A stretch of DNA of 64,000 nt, from positions 699,326 to 763,325 of the forward strand of contig JAAOMT010000135.1 of the NCBI GenBank assembly GCA_016748015.1. The letters run 5' to 3'. Origin of the DNA: Geosiphon pyriformis uo1. Its lineage: Eukaryota > Fungi > Glomeromycota. Below, one piece after another: positions 26,265-37,000 of this stretch. The notes under the pieces were generated by a model. It saw only the letters and a program-made list of their open reading frames with translations, had not been told where the DNA came from and searched no databases. The position numbers were made by a program, and so were the translations under genes. Every line of letters starts with the position of its first letter. Position 1 is the stretch's first letter.

Positions 26265-28216
26265 ACATATAACTTAATAGAAACACTAGAAAACAAAAGA
26301 CACAATAACCAACTACTAGATAAACCAGTTGAATTTAAGATTGAAGACAAAGTACTATTATATCATACCAAAGCAGAAAAACAATAGAATAGAAAATTTG
26401 ATCTCAAATGAGATGAACTATTTCACATAGAAGAAATTCTTAGAAATAAAGCTTATAAATTATGGTTGAACAACAAAATCTTAACCAAAGTGGCACATAG
26501 TGATTGACTGAAATCATATTACTATATAGTGTCACCATATACCAGTAATATTCTACAATTAGGAGTACAGAAAATACTAGTCCAACCAGACAAGATTCTA
26601 TGAGATCTGGAACCAATCATAATCATTAAACCAAATACATCAAATTAAACAACCAAAAAAGTATAAAAAGACATGGTATATGTGACAAAAACAATAAAAA
26701 AAAATGGAAATTACTAATAACATATACACACTGGCACAATAACTCTTCCAACTAATTCAACAACAGAATATGGAAATTACTATTAACCAATAAACTATTT
26801 AATACTGGAATACCAAAAAAATATGCCAATACAAAGTACAGAAGAAACCAAAAAGCACTGTTGACAAAATAATTCTAAAAGTAAAATTAGCAATAGAAGA
26901 ACCAACAAGTGTTACTCCATATCAAGAAGTAATTAAAAAAACTTGGAAGTAGTAGGTACAACAATTTTTAAGAAACTTTTGTTATTTCCATTTGGAACAA
27001 CATCTAAATATCCAAAACTTATATATGGATAAAACAAAGCAATTATTTGATCCAAAAATATTACAATAACTTAAACAATTTGTGGAAAAAAACAATCTAA
27101 CCACACAAGCATGAGTTATTTATCAATTACAAATTGGATTTTAAGATTGATCTGAAATTTTACTCAATCCAGAAATGAACTCCATTACCATTAACCAAAT
27201 GAGAAAAATAACTAATGCCCAATTTGAAGAATTACAAAACAAGATAACACAAGTAATTCTTGAAAAAAAAATTCAAGAAATACTCAAAAATAAAGAATTA
27301 GAATTAGAAAATTTCGATGGAGCTCAATATTAAAAAGAGAGAATAATGTTACTCATGAAATATAGGAAGTATATTAGTATATAAATTAGTCAATCAAAAG
27401 TAGCTATAGTAGATATGGAATTTCAGGATTCTTTTTAAGAGAAATTGCAGAATTCCAGAAATTTCAGGATTCTTATACAAAGAATCACAGGATTCCAAAA
27501 TTCTAGGATTCTTTTCAAAGGAATTGCAGAATTTCAGAAATTCCAGAAATTCTGGTATGAAGAATTAAGAAATTGAGAAATCTTAATTATGTATATATAA
27601 TGGTAATATTAGAAGTAAAAAAAAACAAATTTCTCAGTTTAAATCTAATCTAAGCAACCTTTCATATTACAAATATTAATAAATAATTATTCACTATTTC
27701 AAATCCATTCTTCACTATCAACTCTCTATGTTAATAGTAATCAATACTTAAATACACTGGAACAATAACTCTTGATCACAGCTATTGATGGAATATTAAC
27801 TTGTAATTGTCTTGGCTTATTTCTTTATTTTCTTTTATTTTCTTTTATTTTCTTTGTTATTTCTTTTTGTTTTACTAATTGATTAAGGATTAAAAGTGCT
27901 GAGTTACAGACATCATAAGGACTGGTAAAAGACCCATAAAACAAAGATAGAGAACTCATAGATTTGAGGATAGCTTACCAAGAAAATTACCAGCCACCAC
28001 ACTAAAAAAAAAATTTGATGAAATTGTGATTCTGGAAGGCAACTGAAAAACAACTATTGAATTTCTGTCTATTATACAAAAAACTCCACCAAAATCTTCA
28101 AATCACGAAAACTTTCAGATCATGAAAACCTTTAAAAACCAACATTATTATATCAATTGAGCACCAAGTTATGGATTTGTTATTTGCTTTAAGACCCCAA
28201 ATAATCACCTGTAATA
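26265..28216 (+). mobile_element. Gypsy element A, right part: integrase C-terminus (stop 26646-26648), ORF3 (26704-27333), PPT, 3' LTR (27347-28216)
   Basis: Resumes exactly after the ACAT TSD; the LTR is similar to the E LTRs, so A and E are one family. Confidence 0.9.
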
Positions 28217-30840
28217 CCAGTTAAAAACAAATGCTTATTACTTTAATACTTAAACTTTGGATTAATTTATTGTTGATCTAAAGAATAAATTAATCAAAAA
28301 AGTTTGTTTATATGTTTTAACAAATTTAGTTATTGTTATTCAACATATAAAAAATTATAAAATAGTTATAAAAAAAGCAAATTATACCAAATTTATTAAC
28401 CTTGTAATTGAAAAAACCAGTTCAACAGCTAAAAAAAAATTGACTAACTTACCAAAAAGGTTGAACTTACTTTGCCAATTAAAAATATCAATTACTATAA
28501 TAATAAATTCAAGAAAATTTTTTATTAAGCTTTAACAGTTAAGTTGTTATTATTCTAAATTCCAAAACACTAAAAATATAATTGCCAAAAAATACAAAAA
28601 GACCAACAACAACAGAATAATTAATATTATTTTTTAATATAATAGTAATTATACAATCTATTATTATTTATTTATTATTTACCAAAATTTTAATTTAATT
28701 ATTATTGGTTTGTTTTATTACAACAATATTATGAATTATTCTCAGTTCAAAGTTATTAATTATTAGCAAAAAAATTGGTTCAATTTAACTAATTTATATT
28801 ACAAATTTATTTTTAGTTAAATAACAACAGAATTGGTTCTAATAATTAATTAGTACTTTGCAATAATTATCAACAACCACCCAGATATTTTTATATTCAA
28901 TTTAGTTATCTTATAATGCTTAAAAAGCATGAATTTTTATTATACTGTATTTTTAAAAAATAGAGCTACAACACAATATCAAAAATAGCCAAAAATGCAA
29001 ATATTTTAGACATTTTCTGTTTAAATTTAAAGCCAATAAATTATCTTTTTTACTTAGCAATATAGCAACTTCAGAACAAAAAACAATTATAGCAATATAT
29101 ACCAAAACTAAAATTGAAAGAAAAATTAATTTGATTGATTTTAAATAATAAGTTTGTTAAAAGTACTAGTTAATATAAAAATTAAAATAAAATATTAATA
29201 AATCTGTCCAAATAATAATTGTTATTGCAGATAATATAAAAAAAATATCAATTTAAAAAATCAACAATTTTTTTTTACAATTAACAAAATTACTATTCTA
29301 ATTAAAGTTTTTATAATAAATATATTTTAATATTAAGTTTTTGTTAGAAATAATTAACTTTTTAAAACCAATACAAATTTAGATTGAAAAACCCAAAAAC
29401 TAAAAATCTTTTATTAAAAACAATATACTAAAATACTTGTTATTTATAATACTTTTAATAAATAATTCAAAAAAGTCTTAATATTTAAATTTAAAGAAAA
29501 ACAAAAAAAACCAATTACTAAAACTTATATAATACTTAATTTTTGGCTTAATTAAACTGAAAAAACAGAACAATTATTTAATATATTCACATTACAATCA
29601 ATATTATCATAATATTAAAATATTTAAACAAAAAAACAGTTAATATATTTCTTATTCAAAGTCATAATTATGAAAACAACTAACTTATATTTTACTAAAA
29701 TATAAAAATTATAACAAAAAACTTTTATTCATAAAAGTTTGTATTTTATTTAAAGAAAATTATAAAACTTATACTTGTTATTACTATAAAGTCTATTATA
29801 AAAAACAATTTGGCAATCTTAAATAAAGTAAAAAATAAAACAACATATTTTATTTTACATATAAAAAATTATTATTTAAAAAATACAATTGAATTAATAT
29901 TGTAATAATAAAAAAATCTGTAATCAAACTTGTCAATATACTTTTTTTATTTTAGAAAAAGCAAAATAAAGCATTTTATTTACAGTAGTTTATAATAATA
30001 CTTTTAATAAATTCTACTATTATTTATATAATATTAAAATAATTTATAAACTTGTAATAATTCTGATTAATAGAAGAATTCAAGCAAATATTTGCTAAAT
30101 TAAAAAAGCTAAGTATATTGAATATATAATAAAATTAATTCAATTATAAAAATAAAATAAAACTTTATTACTTAACTTTTAATTATGTTTACTTTTTTAA
30201 AGAAACTTAAATTCAATAATTAAAATAAATAAACATCTAACTTTACAAAAAATGTATTATGTTTTATAATAATCAATAGTATTTTGAATGTTATGTTTTT
30301 AGCATATTATTACTAGTTAAAAATAACCAAGATAAAATTAAATTTGGAACACAAAAAACACACCAAAAATTTTAACAATTTTAATTTACTTTATTAAAAA
30401 CCAATTTGTTTTACAATTCAAATATTTTAATTATAATAAGCAAAAAATCAAACTAAAAAAATCCATAAAATTAATACAGAATATAATTTTTATATTCAAA
30501 AAAAAATATCTTGGTCTTATAACTAAAATTATTAACAAAAATTAACTTAAAAATTGCTTTCAAAATCTTATAAAAAACAATAATACAAATTGTTTTTTAA
30601 TTATTATTAATAAGCAAAAAAATCAATGTTAAAAAAAAATTATAAATACAAAATATACTAAAGATATTATAGTAATATTTTAGAATAAAACCAAAAAACT
30701 ATTCAAAATCAAACATGTCAAAAAGATTGCTTAAGTTATTTATTTATTCTTAATTAAAATTTTGAATTTGCTATTAATTCAAAATCATAAAAAACTTGGC
30801 AATAATAAAAAAAAAATTCGAAATTTTGGATTAACTAAAT
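28217..30840 (+). mobile_element. Element D: extremely eroded C/F-family Gypsy relic (gag, protease, Cys-rich region, dUTPase), the host of A
   Basis: QLKTNAYYFNT*TLD*FIVDLKNKLIKKVC matches C/F QLETNDYYSDAQILDQFIAGLKDKLIKKV; FLLSNIATSEQKTIIAIYT at ~29050; ends at a dUTPase motif-5 relic (NFGLT). Confidence 0.8.
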
Positions 30841-31151
30841 AATTATTATTATTAAAGTTTAACAAATAAAGCCCAAAAGCTATCTAAAACAATACATCAA
30901 AAAATCAATTTAAACTAGGTGCTAATTATGTATTTTTTATACATGACCAGCCACTCGAACCAGTCAAGGACACACTATGCTAATGCTACAGAAAAAAACT
31001 TACCCAAAAATAACATCTTTTGAATAACAGAAAACAAAGTTGTACTGCAAGAAACCAAATCAACTAGCCACTTGGCAGTTTTAAAGAAATCAGTTTTAAC
31101 ATTAACAGATTCATGCTCCCAAAGGGACATTAAGTTGGAAAACATCTTATT
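30841..31151 (-). mobile_element. 5'-truncated copy of ORF1-only LINE derivative H1
   Basis: C-terminal peptide FSNLMSLWEHESV...GKFFSVALA* plus 3' UTR and (TAA)n tail, matching 31921-32235. Confidence 0.88.
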
Positions 31152-31920
31152 AAAAAAGCATATAAGAATCAAAAAAAGAAATAAAATAAAATAACAACTT
31201 CATCTTAATCTTTCTCTTATTAATTTCTCTTTCTCTACTTTTAAGTATTTGAATATCTTGGGATAAAAGATCACTTGTTAGTTATTTCCTACCCTTTTCC
31301 TGAAACATATAATTATAGTATTTAAAGATTATTGAATAAAACATAACTGAAGAGTATATCTAATATCTGATATTGAATTCTAAGAGTACCAACATGAGAC
31401 ATAGAATTATACCAGTGTGTAATTATTTGTTGACAGTACAGACTATCTCTTTACCTTCAAATTCCCCAGTTATCTTTTGAAAAGTATAGCAACTGAAATA
31501 TTTTATGAGACTGATCTTGCACATTGAATTCATACTTATTCAATTCACTCTTTGAAGTTAAATTTCTTTTGATTTTTTTCATCATTTTACAATTCTGTTC
31601 TTCTTTGTTATCTATTAATTTGTTACTCCAATTTATAATAATAATACAATACACTAATAAAAAACCTTTTTTTTTGTTAATATTATATTTTTAAAGTATG
31701 ATAAAAAAAATATTAATAAATTTATATCTTGACAATAATTAAAAAGTTATATCAAAATATGTTAAAATTTTTTTAACATTAAATATAAAAATATTTCTTG
31801 TTATTTACCTAAATAATATAAAAAAATAGCTATTTTTTTTATAAAAAATAATGAATTTTTTCTATTTGTGACAAAAAAAAAAGATAATTATTACTTAAAT
31901 TTACTTTATATATTAGAGTA

Positions 31921-33094
31921 TTTTTATTATTATTATTAAAGTTTTAATAAGCAAGACCCAAAAGCCACTTAAAACAATATATCAAACTAAGTAATCTAAA
32001 CTAGGTGTTAATCATGTATTTTCTACACGTGACCAGCCACTTGGACCAGTCAAGAACACACTATGCTGATGTTACAGAAGAAAACTTACCCAAAAACAAC
32101 ATCTTTTGAATGACAGAAAACAAAGTTGCATTGCAAGAAACCAAACAAACTAGCCACTTGGCAGTTTTAAAAGAATCAGTTTTAACATCAACAGACTTAT
32201 GTTTCTAAAAAGACATTAAGTTGGAAAACACCTCATCATCCACAACAGGTAAAAGCTTTGAATTACCAGATATATCAATGTCCTCTATGTAGTATTTCTT
32301 TTTCAAAGAAACCACTTTTCTCTCTAACTTACTAACAGTCCTATTAAAAGAATCCATATGCACCAAAACTTTATTGATTCTAAGACCAAAAGCACTACTT
32401 GAAACCAAATTACCATTAATAAACTGTTCAAAAGTTGTAACCAAAGAACCAATAGGCTTAACAATGGACTTAACCAAAGCAGAAAGCTTAGTTAAATCAG
32501 ATTTCAAAGAAGACAAACAGGACAGCACCAAAGAATCACCAACAACAACTGGAAAAAAGACAAAAAATGACAGAGATGGAAATTCAAAGGAGCTCAAAAG
32601 AGCAGAAGCCTTAGCATAAACCTTAGGACCAATAAAGCATGGTGTAAACATCTTGAGAAACTTGGAAGAAGGAGACAGAAAAACCTTATAGTCTACAGCC
32701 AGATAGCCCACTCTTAACACTTGAAACAATGTCAACAATCAGGAATTTCTTACTAAATATGGCATTTTCTCAATGTACCAGTTTTAACAATAGCAGAGTT
32801 CAAATCAGCTTGGGAACCAAATGTAACCAGAGCAAATTGGGAATAATAACTAAACTCAAGAAAACAAAGGATAAAACATGTCAAACCACCAGCTTGAGAA
32901 ATCATATCACTAATCTCAAAAGCTGTGCATCCAGAAGGAAGATTGACCAACTTGGCCTTAAACTTATTATGAGACAAAATATTCTCATTTTGATTCACCA
33001 AAAAGAGGATTCTAATACTATCCTTGCTCACCAAGACTAACCAATAATTCAAAGTAGATACAGCAAAGTCCAACTTCTTAAAATAAATCACCAT
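31921..33094 (-). mobile_element. ORF1-only LINE derivative H1, 3' half (ORF1 stop 32061-32063, 3' UTR, (TAA)n/A tail)
   Basis: RRM-like segment KDSIRI...KFKAKLVNLPSGCTAFEISDM, degenerate zinc knuckle and coiled coil, then directly the LINE 3' UTR; no EN or RT. Confidence 0.85.
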
Positions 33095-33968
33095 TGTTAC
33101 TCATAGAATATAGAAAATATATTAGCATATGAAATAGCCAATCAGAGATAGCTATAGTAAATGTGGAATTCTAAGATTCCTCTCAAGAGGAATTGCAGAA
33201 TTCTAAGAATTTCAGAATTCTCTGTGCAAGGAATCGCAGGATTCCAGAATTCCAGGATTTTTCTCAAAAGAAATTATAGAATTCCAGGAATCTCAGGATT
33301 CCTGAGGTGAAAAATCGAGGAATTAAGGAATCTCAATTATTTATATATAGCAGTAGTGTTAGAAGTAAAAAAGAAAGAATCCTTAGTTAGAAGACCTTTC
33401 TATTTAGATTTTATTTAAGCAACTTTCCAAATCACAAATATCAATAAATAATTATTCACTATCTCAATTCACTCTCTACTATTAATATTTCATGTTGATA
33501 GTAATTGATACTTAACCACACTGAAACAATAAATCTTAATTACAGCTATTGACAGAATACTAACTTGCAATTGCTTTTGTTATTTTCTTTATTTTCTTTT
33601 ATTTTCTTTTATTTCTTTTGTTATTTCTTTGGTTTTACTAAAATTGATTAAGGATTAAGCACTAAGATACAGACATCATAGGAACTGGTAAAAGACCCAT
33701 GAAACAAGGGTAGAACACTCATAGATTTGAGAATAGCTTACCAGAAAGATTACTGGCCACCATGCTGAGAAAGAAATTTGACAAAACTGCAGTTTCGGGA
33801 AGCTATGGATAAAACCATCAATTAAACCTCTGTTCATTATACAAAGAACTTAACTTTAAAACCTTCAGATACAACCAACATACCAGTATTACCAGTCTTG
33901 TCAAAATATTGAGCACCAAATTACAGATTTGTTATTTGATTTAAGACTCCAAATAATCATCTGTAACA
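33095..33968 (+). repeat. 5' LTR of E
   Basis: TGTTA...TAACA; GAATTC/GGATTC-rich repeats at 33165-33305; TATA-like at ~33342. Confidence 0.95.
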
Positions 33969-33987
33969 TTTGGTGCTTCCTGTGAGG
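33969..33987 (+). promoter_or_regulatory. Primer-binding site of E (ttTGGTGCTTCCTGTGAGG)
   Basis: Pattern complementary to a tRNA 3' end (TGG start, G at position 16); isoacceptor not determined. Confidence 0.8.
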
Positions 33988-34027
33988 TATAATCTTACAG
34001 AAAACCAGCACCAACAACTAATCAACA

Positions 34028-37000
34028 ATGGCAGAATCAGAAAGTATAGGAGCAAACCATTTAGGATTTGCGAAATCCTTATTTCAACACTACTGTTAAT
34101 ACTTGGGATTAAATTACAATCATATATTAGTGGAATCAGCCTTCAATTTCTACATCAATGAGAAAATTGTTTATTTGTTAGGAACATTAGTAAACACTGA
34201 ATCAGTGAAAAAAACTTTCTACCACAAATTAATACAAAACACCAGCTTATCAACAAATCATAATTTTGCATCCATTATCACTGAGATTAACAAAGAAATT
34301 GAACATCACACACAACAAAGATACCCAATTATCTACTCAAGTAAAGACAAAGAGAAACTACAAACACCAGCAATAACACCTCAACAGATCCAACCACCCA
34401 CTTGAAAAAAACACAGAGTTGAATCACTCACAAATCTATTATATCATTATACTCCAAAAAGTGCCATCCATATCACATTACCAAATGCATCTACATCAAA
34501 CATGACACCAACATTTGGATGATTCACATTTTAAAGTAAACAAAGGAAAACAGAATTACTAGAATCATATGACGAATATTTTGAAGAATTTAAATCGCAA
34601 TCGCCAATGCCATCAGGAATCTGATTACCACCACCTTCACCAGATTTTGGAATAGCCAATCCGTGGGAACCAACTGAATCGGAAAAAGAACAAGAAGAAG
34701 AAGAAGAGGAAGAAGAATCTGAAGATCAAGAATTCACTTACCAGAACCCGATTACTGAAAATCTGGATATTGAAACCTCAGAATTTCAGGCTCAGCAAAA
34801 TTAAAATCTAGAAAATCCAGAAATCAAAACTCTGAATATTCAGATACCGTTAATTCAGGATAATCAAAACCCCGAAACAATTAATCAGCAAAACTTACCT
34901 CCAGAAATTGTTATCAATTAGCCACCAATTGAACCGATTATTGAACTGATTCAACAGCAGCCACTCTAACAACTGATTCAACACCCACAACAGCCAATTC
35001 AACAGCCACCAGTACTACCTCTACAGCGACAACAACAACCCATGACATTTGCACCAATTGTGAAACTTAAGAAGTTCACTGGCAAAGAGGACAATGCCTA
35101 GGCATGGATCAATGACATTGCCAAAGCAATTATGGCGAATAACTGGAATGACCAAAGAGTCCTCCAAGTAATCCCATACTTTCTCCAGAATACTACTGAT
35201 TCCTGGTATTAAAGTTTAGCAGCCAGACCACAAACCTTCCAGAAATTCAAACTGGAATTCTTGAAATATTTTAGTAATAATAATAGTATTAATCACTTGG
35301 CCAACACTTTCACTACTATCAAACAAAAGGAAACTGAAACAGTCACCATTTATCTGGGATGATTCCATAGAAATCTGCAACAGATCCAAGCAATTGATGC
35401 TAACTATTTTACAGTGTCACAAATCCTCAACCAGTTTATCTATGGTCTGTGCAGTAGCATCTTGCAGTATGTATACACGTTGCATCTCAATACTCTTCAA
35501 GATGCAGTTATACACACCAGGAATTTCAAGTCAGCAAAGTTAGAGGCCAATCATACTCAAGCCATAAACCTAGTAATAAACAGACCATCTGAACTGGATT
35601 CTAAATTGAAACAATTCAGTGACTTCATTAACCAGAAGCTTGAGGGGTACTTAGCTAACAATCATGCAATTTATCAGCCACCCCAATGACACAATAATTT
35701 AGGAATCACAAATTGCCCAGAAAATCAGTTGTGTCCTTTATCATCCTCCAATCAGCCGTGGCAGCAAGAGACGCATATCTGCCATTATTGTGGTAAACAA
35801 GAACATTTAAAAATTGATTGTTGGTTAAGGATAAAAAACCAACGATCAAGAAATTAATATAGAAACTCCAATCACCAGTTTTCAACTCCAAGATATCAAT
35901 CAAATGCAGAAATATATTAACCAAATTACATACCTATAATGCAGCCACAAATTTATCAGCCACTAATTTATCAGCCAACAGCACCTGTCATTTATTACCC
36001 ACAGCCCCAACCTATTTATCAGCCGCAGTCTCAAGTAATCTACCAGCTGCAACAAATTCAAACACTGTTGCAGAACTTATCTCAAAACAGAACTCAAAGA
36101 CCGAAACTGACACAGCAAAGCTGGAAATTGTTAATGGTGATCTATTAACTGATCCCCAGTTTTACAGCACAACCATCAGGTTCTCAACAATGGAATTTGG
36201 GCACCAAGAACCCCCAAAACCAGAATTTCCAGAACTATTTAAGTTTTCTGGTTACCCCAGAAGACACTACTACTAACCACTCGGAAACCCACCAACAACT
36301 CACACTTACCAGCAACCATTACTGAAAACAAATTACTTGTAGCCATCTTCCTCTTTGACTTAGAAGAAATGATTAACACTCTGTTATTTAGTGGAGCTGC
36401 TCTCAAAGAAAAACCGATCACTGCAATGTACACCGATGTGAAAGTTGATAATCATGCCATTAAACTGATCCTAGATAGTGAATTAGCTGGCAGTATTATT
36501 ACATGTCAACTCATGGACTAATTAAGTCACTGAGTTGATCATGCTGCCAGTACATGAATAATCACTGTTGATAGAGCAACCAAAACTCCTATTAGCAAAA
36601 TTGATGACTTCCCTATAGAAGGCATTGGCATAATTATCTCAATCAAAGTACTAGTTATAGAAGCCACTCAGTACTAAGTGCTAATTGGTAATGATTGGCT
36701 CACCAAAACAAATACTATCCTCGATTGAACCACTCAGAAGTTGCAACTTAGCCAAAACAGCCAACACACATGAGTACCAGCAACATATGGCCATTTCAAA
36801 CCCAGTCACATGTCAGCCTCACTAATCAACTTGGAAAAAAAGAAGCCAAAACCCACTTGGGAAGCATACCAAGTGTTGTGGGCCAATGTCAACCATAATG
36901 AACTGCTCCCAATACTTGTCTGGGATGACAATGACTAAGAAAAGGGAAAAGAAAAGGAAGAACTTATCTGGAACACTGACCAAGTCTGAGAAATCAACAA

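Noticed and set aside
31790-31825. Possible RT relic FLVIYLNNI (VIYLDDI)
   Set aside because: A single short motif in nearly pure AT sequence with no supporting flanking motifs.
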